Origin: an uncultured Actinomycetes bacterium
GTDB lineage: Bacteria; Actinomycetota; Thermoleophilia; Gaiellales; JAICJC01
Reading direction: 5' to 3'
Assembly: GCA_963809325.1 (NCBI GenBank)
Contig: CAWEIZ010000008.1
Coordinates: 126,165-190,164, forward strand
DNA: 64,000 bases
Within the stretch, counting starts at the first letter, position 1; every line of letters begins with the position of its first letter. The notes under the pieces were generated by a model that had not been told where the DNA came from, ran no database searches, and worked only from the letters and a program-made list of their open reading frames with translations. A program made the translations under genes and the position numbers. Of the stretch, positions 20,318-30,912 are shown one piece after another.

Positions 20318-20556
20318 CGCCCGTGATCGACCCGCATCGTCCTTCCTCCGAGCCGACGCTCGAGGACGTGGTGCTCCGTGCCCTCGCCGAGGCGCGCGTC
20401 CGCCGGCCCGAGCGCCGGCCGACGTGCCCCGTGTGCGCCGCCCAGATGTGGGCGGTCGAGCGAAACGGCGGTCGGCTCGAGCTCCATTGCGGCCAGTGCG
20501 GCTCGGTGCTCGCCGACGACTCCGCTGCGGAGTCGTCGCTGCGGCTCGTCGCCTGA
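20314..20556 (+). CDS. Small zinc-ribbon protein translationally coupled to lexA
   Basis: GTGA overlap; CPVC..CGQC. Confidence 0.6.
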   Translation: MTPVIDPHRPSSEPTLEDVVLRALAEARVRRPERRPTCPVCAAQMWAVERNGGRLELHCGQCGSVLADDSAAESSLRLVA

Positions 20557-20599
20557 CGACCGGCCCGGCCGCTGGGCCGGCCCCTGTCACAATCTGCGC

Positions 20600-21670
20600 G
20601 TGCACCTGACCCGCCGCCAGCTGCTCGCCGCCGCCGCGCCGCTCGTGCTGGCCGGGTGCACGCGGCCGGGGAGCAGCGCGGCGCCGCAGACCTTCGCCGC
20701 TCGCGGACCGAACGCCCAGGTGCCCGACCCCAAGCTGCTCCTCGCCGTGCCGCCGCGCTCGATGGCGGCCAGCTCCGTGCCCGAGTTCACGAAGCGGTTC
20801 CACGTGAAGGTGACGATGGTCGCGCCAAGGGTCGGCGCCGAGTTCGCGAGTGGCGGGGCTGACGTCGCCCTCGTCGACCAGGAGACGCTCGCCGGGCTCA
20901 TCGATCAGAAGCTCGTCGAGAAGCTCGACCGGACGCTGATCGCCAACCGCAAGCTGATCGAGCCGCCGTTCGACGACCCGCCGTTCGATCCCGGGGGGGC
21001 CTACAGCGTGCCCAAGGACTACACGGTCGTCGGGTTCGCGCTGGCCGCTCGCGCCGGGGCCGACGCTCCCTCGACATGGGCCGAGTTCTTCGACCTCGCG
21101 TCGATCTTCCCGGGGAAGGTTGCCGTGCCCAACGACCCCGCGGTCGTCATCGGCGCGGCGCTCGTCGCGACCGGGCACGACTGGAACTCCGCCGCGGCGT
21201 CCGACCTCGCGGACGCCCGCTCCCTGCTGCTTCCGCTGCGAGGCTCGCTCACGATCGCCGGGAGCATCGACGGCGGCAGGCTGGACGGTGGCCTCGCCGT
21301 CCTCTGCACGGGCCTCGGCTTCCGCGATCCGGGCCGGGGCGTCCGCTTCGTCGTCCCGCCAGAGGGCACGATCGCGCGGCCGCGCCTGCTCTGCATCCCG
21401 CCGTACGCGCCCGATCCGGTGTCGGCCCACGCCTGGCTCAACCACGCCCTCGATCCGCTGACCGCCGCCCGCGACACCATCCGCACGGGCCGGGCGACGC
21501 CGGTCGGCGAGGCCGCCTTCGCGCTCCCGCCGGCACTCCTCGCCAACCCGGCGGTCTTCCCGCCGGCGCTGCCGCCCGTGACGCTCGGGTTCGCCGACAC
21601 CACGGCCGCGGGGCTCGAGGCTCGCGCGGCGATCTGGCAGGACATGACGGCCCCGGCCGCGGGCCGCTGA
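20600..21670 (+). CDS. PotD-like ABC substrate-binding lipoprotein
   Basis: TRRQLL Tat-like signal, LAGC lipobox, FDPGGAYSVPKDY, VPPEG. Confidence 0.65.
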   Translation: MHLTRRQLLAAAAPLVLAGCTRPGSSAAPQTFAARGPNAQVPDPKLLLAVPPRSMAASSVPEFTKRFHVKVTMVAPRVGAEFASGGADVALVDQETLAGLIDQKLVEKLDRTLIANRKLIEPPFDDPPFDPGGAYSVPKDYTVVGFALAARAGADAPSTWAEFFDLASIFPGKVAVPNDPAVVIGAALVATGHDWNSAAASDLADARSLLLPLRGSLTIAGSIDGGRLDGGLAVLCTGLGFRDPGRGVRFVVPPEGTIARPRLLCIPPYAPDPVSAHAWLNHALDPLTAARDTIRTGRATPVGEAAFALPPALLANPAVFPPALPPVTLGFADTTAAGLEARAAIWQDMTAPAAGR

Positions 21671-21687
21671 GGCGATCGGTACAATCG

Positions 21688-22033
21688 GGATGCCGATCAG
21701 GCAGTCGCGGCGCCCTCGGGCGTCGAGGAAAGTCGGGACACCGCAGGGCGAGGGTGCCGGGTAACGCCCGGACGGGGAAACCCGATGGAAAGCGCAACAG
21801 AGAGCAGACCGCCCCGGCGTCCTCGGACACCGAGGCAAGGGTGAAACGGTGGTGTAAGAGACCACCAGCGCCCGCGGAGACGCGGGCGGCTAGGCAAGCC
21901 CCACCCGGTGCAACACCAAGCGGAGCGATGACGCGGCCCGCCGAGCTCCAGGTAGGTGGCATGAGCCGGCCGGCGACGACCGGCCCAGATGGATGACTGC
22001 CCCCGACAGAATCCCGCTTACAGATCGGCTACC
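21688..22033 (+). ncRNA. rnpB: RNase P RNA (class A)
   Basis: GAGGAAAGTCGGG.., GGGTGAAACGGTGGTGTAAGAG, ACAGAATCCCGCTTA; P1 closing helix; TACAAT -10 at 21680. Confidence 0.97.
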
Positions 22034-22060
22034 GGAAAGCCCCGCTTGTCGGGGCTTTCC
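22034..22060 (+). terminator. Hairpin GGAAAGCCCCG-cttgt-CGGGGCTTTCC after rnpB
   Basis: Perfect 11-bp stem. Confidence 0.75.
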
Positions 22061-22263
22061 CATTGGTGGCGGCCCCTTCGTGCAGCCGCCCGCTCCGTAG
22101 AAACCCTGAGCCGCCTTCGGGGTTCTCTCCGATGCCGGAGAGGCGCCGGTCGGCGATCCTTCCTGTACGAGCGTTGGCAAGGAAAGGGGCGACCGTGGTG
22201 TCGGTCGCAGACCAGACCAGGATCACCGGCCGGCGACCGCGTCTGGTGCCGGAGGGCGGCGGG

Positions 22264-23173
22264 GTGACCGCTGCCGGTGACGGCCTCGGCCTGCGGCACC
22301 TCAGCAAGCGCTTCGGATCGGTGCAGGCCCTGAACGACTGCTCGTTCTCGGTCGCCCGCGGGCGGATGCTCGGGTTCCTCGGGCCCAACGGCGCGGGGAA
22401 GACGACCGCCATGCGGGCGGTCTTCGGGCTGGTGGATCTGGACGCCGGCGAGCTCACCTGGGGCGGGCGCCCGGTGGGGACGGCGGAGCGGCTCCGGTTC
22501 GGCTACATGCCGGAGGAGCGAGGTCTCTACCCCCGCATGCGGGTGGGCGAGCAGCTCGAGTACCTGGCGCGTCTCCACGGGTCGTCCGTCGGTCGCGGCG
22601 CACGCGGCGGCATCCACATGGCTCGAGCGCCTCGGGCTCGCCGACCGTGCCGGTTCGAAGGTTGAGGAGCTCTCGCACGGGAACCAGCAGCGGGCGCAGC
22701 TGGCGGCGGCGCTGGTGCACGAGCCGGAGCTCCTGGTGCTCGACGAGCCCTTCGCGGGGCTCGATCCGGTTGCCGTCCGCACGCTCGCCGGTGTCCTCCG
22801 AGGCGAGGCGGCGCGCGGTGCGGCCGTGCTCTTCTCCAGCCACCAGCTCGACCTCGTCGAGGACATCTGCCAGGAGGTCGCGATCGTCGATCGCGGCCGC
22901 ATCGTGGCGACGGGGGACGTGGGCGCGATGAAGCGCCGCTCGATGCAGCGACGGATCGAGCTTCAGCTCGTCGGCGCACCACCGGACTGGCTTCCGGGCG
23001 TCCCGGGAGTGGAGCTTGTCGAGCGGCACGACGGCGACCTCCGGTTGCGGGCGCGGCCCGATGTCGACCCCGAGCGCGTGCTCAAGGCGGCGGGGGCTGT
23101 GGGAGGCGTCGCCGCGTTCAGCTACGGCCCGCCCTCCCTCGCGGAGCTCTTCCTCGAGCTGGTGGCGTCATGA
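22264..23173 (+). CDS. ABC transporter ATP-binding protein (frameshift near 22590)
   Basis: GPNGAGKTT; LVLDEPF; SSHQL. Confidence 0.85.
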
Positions 23174-24312
23174 ACTGGCGGCGCGCGATCAGGCTCGTGG
23201 CAGAGCGCGAGATCCGCGAGCGCCTGCGAAGCCGCGCCTTCATCATCTCGACCCTGTTCCTGCTCGGGATCGTCGCCGCGTCGAGCCTGGCAGGGGAGGT
23301 GCTCAACCGCGAGCAGACCTACCGCGTCGCGGTGGTGGCCCCCGCGCCACGCGGGCTGTCAACCGCGCTCCAGCGCGCGGCGAAGCCGTTTGACGCGAAG
23401 GTGCGGATGCAGGTGGTCGCCTCGGTGGCGGCCGGACGTCGCGCGCTCACCGCCGAGCACGTCGACGCGGTGCTCCTTCTGAGCGAGGACCGGGTCGTGT
23501 TCCGGACGGACGTCGACGCCCAGCTCGCCGCCGTCGCAGATACTGCGGTGCGCGGCGTGCGCCGGCATCTACCACCGGCGCCTGAGCTGATGCCGGCAAC
23601 GCTCGAGCCATCCTCCGGGCAGACGACCGATGCCGAGGTGGCTGTCGCCCTGATCGGCGCCATGCTCATGCTGGTCTCGATCGCGGTCTACGGGGAGTGG
23701 GTGCTCGTCGGCGTCGTCGAGGAGAAGAGCAACCGCGTCGTCGAGCTGATCCTGTCCACAGTGCAGCCTCGCCATCTCCTCGCCGGAAAGGTGATCGGGA
23801 TCGGGCTGCTCGGGCTCGGGCAGCTTGGACTCGTCGTCGGGCTTACGTCAGCGCTCATCGTCTTCGGGGCGTTCGACGTCCCGGCGTCCCTCGGGGGAGA
23901 CTTCGCGCTCGTCATCCCCTGGTTCGTGCTGGGGTTCGCGCTCTACGCGGTCGCCTACGCAGCCGCCGGCGCGCTCGCCTCCAAGCAGCAGGACGCAAGC
24001 ACCGCCGGACAACCCGTCACCATCACCCTCGTCGCCGTCTACTTCGTCGCCTACATCGCCGTGTCAGCGGCCCCGAACGGCGTCGCTGCCCAGATCCTCA
24101 CCGTCCTCCCGGTGAGCGCGCCGTTCGTCCTGCCGGCCCGCAGCGCGCTCGTCGGCGTCCCGCTCTGGGAGCACGCGCTCGCCTTCGGCCTGACGCTCGC
24201 CGCGATCTACGGGCTCGTCCGGTTTGCCGGCCGCGTCTACGCGCACGGGCTTCTGCACACGGGCCCGCGCCTCGATCCCCGCACCGCCTGGCGCCTCAGC
24301 CATCACCACTGA
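23170..24312 (+). CDS. ABC-2 permease (NatB/YhaP-like)
   Basis: VVEEKSNRVVE..LLAGK; coupled to the ATPase gene. Confidence 0.85.
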   Translation: MNWRRAIRLVAEREIRERLRSRAFIISTLFLLGIVAASSLAGEVLNREQTYRVAVVAPAPRGLSTALQRAAKPFDAKVRMQVVASVAAGRRALTAEHVDAVLLLSEDRVVFRTDVDAQLAAVADTAVRGVRRHLPPAPELMPATLEPSSGQTTDAEVAVALIGAMLMLVSIAVYGEWVLVGVVEEKSNRVVELILSTVQPRHLLAGKVIGIGLLGLGQLGLVVGLTSALIVFGAFDVPASLGGDFALVIPWFVLGFALYAVAYAAAGALASKQQDASTAGQPVTITLVAVYFVAYIAVSAAPNGVAAQILTVLPVSAPFVLPARSALVGVPLWEHALAFGLTLAAIYGLVRFAGRVYAHGLLHTGPRLDPRTAWRLSHHH

Positions 24313-25328
24313 CCGGCCGCCCGGCCCGCCAGAGCAGCTCGAACCGCTCGAGCACGACGTCGTCGTCGTCGCTCACGTCGACGCCCTGCGACGCGAAGAA
24401 CTCGAGGTGGGCGCTTCGCCAGTGGGCCAGGCTGCGATCGCCCTCACCCTCCGTCCACGCGAACTCCTCGTCCACGTCGCCGAACCGGCGGGTCTCGACG
24501 TCGGTCGTCCGGATGACGCAGAGCGGCGCTCCGGCACCGTCGAGGATGACGCTCAGCTCGCCCACGGCTGGGAGCGGCTCGCCCGGCCCGTACTCCGACC
24601 GCAGGCTGGCGGTCGCCCGCTTCGGGCCGTCGCGCACGAGCAGGCCGAGCTCGGTCGCCATCTCCGGGTCGGCGCCGAAGCCCCAGGCGGTGTGCTCGCC
24701 GTCGATGCCGGTGGCCGCGACGAACTCGCCCCAGAACGCCTCGACCCGCGCGGCCGCGAGCTCCTCCGGCGTGTTCACGCTCCGGAGGGCCGCGAGGAGC
24801 TCCGGGCGCGCCTCGATCCGACGGGTGCGCGCGCGCTCGGCGACGAGCCCCAGCCGGCGCTCGCCAGACTCGAGCAGCTCCTCGACGAGGGCGATCAGCG
24901 AGAGCCGGTAGACCGCCCCGAGCGGCTGGTCGCCCCGGTCGTCCGTGACCACGACCGCATCCCAATTGGCAGTGAGCGACACTGCCAATTGGCCAACCGC
25001 CTCCGGCAGACAGAAGCGGCATGTCGGCGCCGCACGTGAACGCGGCGGTCGCGCGGCCCCCGATCGCCCGCATCCCGGCGGCCAGGCCCTCGAGCGGCCC
25101 GCGATCGGCGACGGCGTCGCGGGCGAGCTCCACGCCTTCGGGCAGCGGCGGAAGCTCCTGGCCGGGCGCCGCGACGACCACGACGGGCGCAGCCGCCTGC
25201 GCGACGACACCGGCGACGCGCACCACGAGCGGGACCCCGCCCCAGTCGATGAGCGCCTTCGGCTCGCCCATCCTGCTCGACCGGCCGCCCGCCAGCACGA
25301 TCCCGCCCAGGCGCGCCGGGCCGCTCAG
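24296..25328 (-). CDS. MobA-like NTP transferase fused to ASCH domain (frameshift near 25010)
   Basis: VLAGGRSSRMG..GPLEGL..DMP; SVNTPEEL runs in-frame into GPKRATAS..EGEGDRSL; start uncertain. Confidence 0.7.
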
Positions 25329-25598
25329 CGGTTGTCGCTCGGAGCCCGGCGCCGGCGCGGGCGCCGCTTCGGCGCGGGCGCCGCCGGAGCGCTGACGACG
25401 TCGCCCCGGACGCTGAGGCCCGCCGACGTCAGAAGCGCGCTGAGCAGCGCGCCGGATGCGGCGGGATCGGGTGGGGGTGCTTCGGTGGTGGCTCGGGCGG
25501 AACGCGTCATACCGATCCGACGCCAGGCCCGAGAGGACGGAATGCGTTGGGGCCTGGCGCCGGAGGGTTGGGGGGTGTTGGGCACGGCTACCGTCACC

Positions 25599-25727
25599 CT
25601 TTCCACACGCGTGCGTCAAGCGGTGCCCACGTTTCCCACAGCCGCGACGTCGCAATGTGCGCCAAGTTCGTGCGGCCGGGGGCGCGGCCTCCACAGCTTT
25701 CGCCCGATTTCCACACGACTTTCCACA
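25599..25727 (+). promoter_or_regulatory. Cluster of five DnaA-box-like 9-mers
   Basis: CTTTCCACA 25599, TTTCCCACA 25632, GCCTCCACA 25687, ATTTCCACA 25707, CTTTCCACA 25719, same orientation, intergenic. Confidence 0.45.
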
Positions 25728-25734
25728 GGCCGGC

Positions 25735-26922
25735 TCAGGCGGCCGTGAGCCGGGCCTCGAGCGCGTCGGCGAGCACCTGCGCCGCCGCGACGCAGTCGTC
25801 GTCGGAGGCCGACTCGGCCGGCGTGTGGCTCGCGCCGGTCGGGTTTCGGACGAAGAGCATCGCGGCCGGGACGTGGGGGGCGAGGATGCCGGCGTCGTGG
25901 CCGGCGTACGACGGCAGATCGCCCGCCGCGATGCCCCGCCGCTCGGCGCCCGCATGCAGCGCCCGCCGGAGCCCGGCGTCGAAGGCGGCGCCGTCGTTTC
26001 GGGACTCGCGGGTGAGCTCCGCCTCGGGGAACCGGGCCCGAAGGGCGGCGACAAGATCGTCGATCGTGGCAACCTCGCGCGCACGGACGTCGAGCAGGCA
26101 CGCGACCCTCCCGGGGATCGAGTTTGTGGATCCGGGTGCGATCTCGATGCGGCCGACGGTGCCGACGGCGTTCGGGCGCGCCCGGGCCTCCTCGGACACG
26201 GCCAGGATGAACGGTGCGGCGGCCACCAGCGCGTCCCGCCGGCCCTCCATGGCGCGCGTCCCCGCGTGGTCGGACTCGCCGGTGAAGACCGCCCGCCACC
26301 GCTGCCGGGGGGTGAGCACGTCGGCGACCCCGAGCGCCAGGCCGCGGTCGACGAGCGCCCTGCCCTGCTCGACATGCACCTCGAGATACGACTCGACGCG
26401 CGCGAGCTGCCCGCGGCTCTCGATCAGCGACTCGCGGGTAACGCCGTGGATCGCCTCGGCCCCGCCCATCGCCGCCAGCGCCTCGTCGATGTCGAGCCGC
26501 CCTGTGATCGCAAGGCTCGCGAAGCACGCGGTGCGGAAGCGCGCGCCCTCCTCGTCGACGAACGACACGACGGCGAGCGGCCGGCGCCGCTCGACCCCCG
26601 ACTCCAGGATCGCGGCCGCCGCCTCGAGCGCGCAGACGACGCCGAGCGCCCCGTCGTAGGCGCCGCCGTCGGGCTGCGTGTCGAGGTGCGAGCCGGCACA
26701 CGTCCACGGCCCGTCGTCGGCATCGGGCGTCACGGCCCACACGCTGCCCGCGCCGTCGCGGCGCACCTCGAGGCCGACCGACCCGGCCGCCGCCGAGAAC
26801 CAGCGCTGGGCCTCGACCTCGAGCGGCGTCCACGCGACGCGGTTCCAGCCGGTGTCGGTGCGGCCGATCGCCGCCAGCTCGGCGAACCAGTCGAGGAACC
26901 GCTGCCGGGAGACCTCCGCCAT
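25735..26922 (-). CDS. M20 hydantoinase/carbamoylase-family amidohydrolase
   Basis: GSHLDTQPDGGAYDG, DEEG, EVHVEQG, AGHDA. Confidence 0.9.
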   Translation of the reverse strand: MAEVSRQRFLDWFAELAAIGRTDTGWNRVAWTPLEVEAQRWFSAAAGSVGLEVRRDGAGSVWAVTPDADDGPWTCAGSHLDTQPDGGAYDGALGVVCALEAAAAILESGVERRRPLAVVSFVDEEGARFRTACFASLAITGRLDIDEALAAMGGAEAIHGVTRESLIESRGQLARVESYLEVHVEQGRALVDRGLALGVADVLTPRQRWRAVFTGESDHAGTRAMEGRRDALVAAAPFILAVSEEARARPNAVGTVGRIEIAPGSTNSIPGRVACLLDVRAREVATIDDLVAALRARFPEAELTRESRNDGAAFDAGLRRALHAGAERRGIAAGDLPSYAGHDAGILAPHVPAAMLFVRNPTGASHTPAESASDDDCVAAAQVLADALEARLTAA

Positions 26923-26944
26923 CGGGCATGGAAGGATACGCGGC

Positions 26945-28075
26945 GTGCGCCTGCCCGGCTTCGTGAACGCCCACAGCCATGCCTTCCAGCGCCGCCTGCG
27001 CGGCGCGGTCGAGCACACCGATCCGTCGCATCCCCACGACGACTTCTGGACGTGGCGCGAGGCGATGTACGCCGAGGCCGGCCGGCTCGATCCCGACTCG
27101 GCGCACGAGGTGGCGCTCCTCGCCTACCGCGAGATGCGCGCCGCGGGCTACGTGGCGGTGGGGGAGTTCCACTACCCGCATCACCGGCCGGACGGCACGC
27201 CGTACGACCCGCCCAACGCGATGGCCGAGGCGACGATTGCCGCTGCCGCCGACGCGGGCATCGAGATCGTCCTTCTCATGACCGCCTACGAGCGGGCCGG
27301 CAAGGGCCTTCCGCCCACCGCGGGCCAGCGCCGGTTCTGCGACCCCGGCGTCGCCGCGTACCTGCGACGCGTCGACGACCTCGCCGCCGCGCATCCCGGG
27401 CGGGTCGGGCTGGCGCCGCACAGCGTGCGGGCCTGCTCGCTCGGATGGCTCGAGGAGATCGCCCGCTACGCCGCAGACACCGGGATGGTCGTCCACATCC
27501 ACGCCTGCGAGCAGCGACGCGAGATCGAGGAGTGCCTGGCCGAGCACGGCCGCCGGCCGGTCGAGCTCCTGGCCGACGCCGGCCTGCTCACGGAGCGGAC
27601 GACCGTCGTCCACGCGACGCATGCGTCCGACGGCGAGCTCGACCTGATGGCGGCGGCGGGCGCCACGATCTGCGCATGCCCGACGACCGAGTCGAACCTC
27701 GGCGACGGCTACCTGCCGGCGGAGCGCATCTTCCAGCGCGGCATCCGCATGTGCATCGGCTCGGACTCGAACACCGTGATCGACCCGATCCAGGAGATCC
27801 GCGAGATCGAGGCGATCGCCCGCCGGTCGGCCGAGCGCCGCAACGTGCTCGTGCCGCCCGGCGACTCAGGGCCGACGCCGTACCTGCTCGCGGTGGGAGC
27901 CGCGAACGGCGCCCGCGCGCTCGGCCTCGACCCCGCCTCGCTCCCCGAGATCGAGATCTCGGACACCGAGCCCGAGCTGGCCGGCGTCGCGCCCGAGCAC
28001 CTGGCCGCCGCCCTCGTCTTCGGTGGGGTCAGACCCCGCATCGGACCGCCATCCACATTCGGCACGCAATCGTGA
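26945..28075 (+). CDS. hutF: Formimidoylglutamate deiminase
   Basis: PGFVNAHSHAFQR, FWTWRE.MY, EFHY, APHSVRA, CPTTESNLGDG. Confidence 0.85.
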   Translation: MRLPGFVNAHSHAFQRRLRGAVEHTDPSHPHDDFWTWREAMYAEAGRLDPDSAHEVALLAYREMRAAGYVAVGEFHYPHHRPDGTPYDPPNAMAEATIAAAADAGIEIVLLMTAYERAGKGLPPTAGQRRFCDPGVAAYLRRVDDLAAAHPGRVGLAPHSVRACSLGWLEEIARYAADTGMVVHIHACEQRREIEECLAEHGRRPVELLADAGLLTERTTVVHATHASDGELDLMAAAGATICACPTTESNLGDGYLPAERIFQRGIRMCIGSDSNTVIDPIQEIREIEAIARRSAERRNVLVPPGDSGPTPYLLAVGAANGARALGLDPASLPEIEISDTEPELAGVAPEHLAAALVFGGVRPRIGPPSTFGTQS

Positions 28076-28091
28076 CACCCAGCCCGGAGGC

Positions 28092-29271
28092 ATGATGGAC
28101 TTCTCGCTCTCGCCCGAGCTCACCCAGCTTCGCGCCCGCGTTCGCGCGCTCGTCGACGACGTGCTGCAACCGGTCGAGGACGAGGCGGAGCGAAACCACG
28201 GCCGGCTCTCGGCCGAGACCCATGCCCGCATCCACGACGCGGTGCTCGAGTCGGGCCTCGGCGCCAACAACATCCCCAAGGAGTTCGGGGGCGGAGGATT
28301 CAACCTGACCGAGCAGATCGTCACCCACGAGCAGCTCGGCCGGCTGACGAACTGCCTGTGGGTGCTGGTGTGGTCTCCGTCCAACGTGCTCGTCCACGGC
28401 ACTCCCGAGCAGGTCGAGCGCTACCTCCTGCCCGATGTCCGCGGCGAGCACCGCCACGCCTACGCCATCACCGAGGGCGACGCCGGCTCCGATCCGCGCG
28501 CGATCGAGGCCGAGGCGGTCTGGAACGGGGATCACTACGAGCTCTCCGGCACGAAGTGGTTCGTCACCGACGGCGACATCGCGTCGTACTTCATCGTGCT
28601 CGCATGGGCGGTCGACGGTCACGAGCGCCTGCCCGACCCTCTTCCTGGTCGACAAGGACGCGCCGGGCGTCGAGATGACCGCCGACCCCGACTACACGCA
28701 CAACTTCCCCTACCGCCATCCCGAGTTCACGTTCACGAAGACCCCCGTGCCGCGCGAGAACATCCTCGGCGAGGCCGGCCGTGGGTTCGAGCTCACCGGC
28801 GAGTGGTTCATCGAGGAGCGCGTCCACATCGCCGCCCGCTGCGTCGGGGCCTGCGACCGCCTGATCGAGCTCGGCACCGAGTGGGCGCTGCACCGCGAGC
28901 AGTTCGGCGGGCGCATCTTCGACCACCAGGCCGTGTCGTTCGCCCTCGCCGACTGCGCGGCCGAGGTCACCGCCGCCCGCCTCCTCACCTACTACGTGGG
29001 CTGGCTCGCCGACACCGGCGCCGACCGGAAGCTCGTCCACCACAAGGCCGCGATGGCGAAGCTGGTCGCCTCCGAGACGGCGGGCCGGGTCGCCGACCGC
29101 GTCGTCCAGATCTTCGGCGGGCGCGGCTACATGCGCGAGAACCCGGCCGAGCGGCTGTGGCGCGAGCTTCGCGTCGACCGGATCTGGGAGGGGACGTCGG
29201 AGATCCAGCGGCTGATCATCGCCCGCGGCCTGGAGCGGCGCGGGCCGGCGACCCTGCTCGGCCTGGGCTAG
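28092..29271 (+). CDS. Acyl-CoA dehydrogenase (frameshift near 28635)
   Basis: AITEGDAGSD, GTKWFVT, REQFG, QIFGGRGY, IWEGTSEIQR. Confidence 0.9.
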
Positions 29272-29293
29272 CGGCCTCTGAAGGGCACGCGCC

Positions 29294-29593
29294 CTATGTG
29301 GTCGACGATGAACGACGCGAGCATGGCGGCCGCGACGGCGTATCGCACCCATGCCCAGGGCCGCTGCGGGACGTGCACGGCCAGGGCATCCACGAGGTGG
29401 CCCTCCGTCTCCGCCGCCAGGCCGTTGCGAACGTCTCGGCGAGGATGTCGTTCGCCATCTCGGCGTCGTGGGTCTCGGCGAGCAGCCGCCGGCGCAGTTC
29501 GCGCGCATGCCGGTCGAACACGAGACCGACCGTGGTTGACGTGCCCTTCCGCAGCAGCTCGAGGTCGGTGAGCTCGAACGCGGCCGAGCGCAT
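29294..29593 (-). pseudogene. Short ECF sigma region-2-like ORF
   Basis: VFDRHAREL..AEMANDILAETFATAWRRR resembles region 2; no region 4. Confidence 0.4.
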
Positions 29594-29602
29594 GGCCGCC
29601 CG

Positions 29603-30256
29603 CTACGCGGCGAGCCGAAGCTCGGTGCCCGTGTCGTCGTCCTCGTCGAGCCGGTCGTATCCCAGCTCGGCGTGGATGCGGTCGAGCGCGCGCTCGAGGT
29701 CGCGGGGCGGCCCCACCGGGGCGAAGATCGGGCTCACGGAGCCGTCGGTGACGAGCCGGCGGACGAGCACCATGCCACTCGCCTGCACCTCGGTGCTCGG
29801 CTCGCGCAGGCGGGCTGTGAGCTCCAGCACCTTCGGCGCCATCTCCCGCAGCGCCGGGCGGTGAAGCGGCACGGAGCACGGATAATTGGTCGCGGCGACC
29901 TCGACGAAGCGCTCGAGCGTGTCGGCCAGCTGGCGGCGGCGGCGGATGTGGACGAGCTCGGCAGCGCGGCGGCCGACGTCCGGCCCGCCGACGTGACGGA
30001 ACCCGGAGAGCAGGATCTCGTCCAGGATCTCCGTGCGGCGGAGGTTCAGGATCCGGCCCGCGACGATCGCGCCGAGGCCTCCGATCAGCGCGATGGCGGC
30101 CATCGTCTTTGCCATCCCCGGCTCGATCGCGCGGACGCCGTACGTCCCGGCGAGCGCCAGCCCGGCGAACGCGAGCAGCGAGATCGCAACGGTGCGCGCG
30201 GTCTTGAGGCGCTCGTTGACGACGGACAGGGCGTGGATGAAGTCGGCTGGGCTCAT
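29603..30256 (-). CDS. Hypothetical membrane protein
   Basis: Two N-terminal TM segments; GC-typical codon pattern. Confidence 0.6.
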   Translation of the reverse strand: MSPADFIHALSVVNERLKTARTVAISLLAFAGLALAGTYGVRAIEPGMAKTMAAIALIGGLGAIVAGRILNLRRTEILDEILLSGFRHVGGPDVGRRAAELVHIRRRRQLADTLERFVEVAATNYPCSVPLHRPALREMAPKVLELTARLREPSTEVQASGMVLVRRLVTDGSVSPIFAPVGPPRDLERALDRIHAELGYDRLDEDDDTGTELRLAA

Positions 30257-30576
30257 GGCAGTGGTCTTGGGTAGTACATCGTTCGCGACGCTTCGGACCT
30301 TGAGGCGGAACGTGTGACCTACCCCAAAACGGGGATGGGATACCGCAAACCGTCGATGCCGCACACACCGGCGCGCGGCAAGAATCCGGCCAATGAGCAC
30401 TCCCAGCCTGTTCCACGAGGCCGCGCTTCTCATCACCTCAGGGCTGTGCGTCTGGTGCGAGTCCGCGCCGGCGTCCGAGGGATCGCACCTCTGCAGCGCG
30501 TGCCGGGTCGACGACCCGGACGGCGTGCTCGCGCCCGCCAACGCAGTCGCTTCCCCGACTGGCTAACCCGGCTCCG

Positions 30577-30708
30577 AAAAAGCGACGAGGCCGCCTGGGC
30601 AGAGACGGCCTCGTCTGTTGGGCTGTCCGGTGGGCCGCCGGACAACGTGCCCCCGCCAGCGGGTCGGCCGGCGTCGCGCGACAGCCCGAAGGCATCGCGC
30701 CGGGGCAC
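30577..30708 (-). ncRNA. Unidentified structured RNA ending in an intrinsic terminator
   Basis: Three-way junction with cUUCGg loop, second hairpin, then 13-bp stem + U5; G-U pairs favour the minus strand. Confidence 0.5.
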
Positions 30709-30729
30709 TCCTCACAATCGCCGCCGAGT

Positions 30730-30912
30730 TTACTGCAATTTCTTGCTCGAGGACAGGCTGGTGGTTGAAAGATGCTCGTGCGCGGACGCCCGCCGTACCA
30801 GGAGCCCGGTCACGCCGACGATCGCCGCGACAACGAGGTAGAGCACGAGATCCGCCCCCGTCACCGGCAGCGCCGCCGCCGGCTGGGCGCTCAGGAGCGC
30901 GATCACAGTCAT
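30730..30912 (-). CDS. 60-aa LPXTG-motif membrane mini-protein
   Basis: MTVIALLSAQPAAALPVTGADL + hydrophobic helix + RR; ATGA overlap with the phosphatase gene. Confidence 0.55.
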   Translation of the reverse strand: MTVIALLSAQPAAALPVTGADLVLYLVVAAIVGVTGLLVRRASAHEHLSTTSLSSSKKLQ

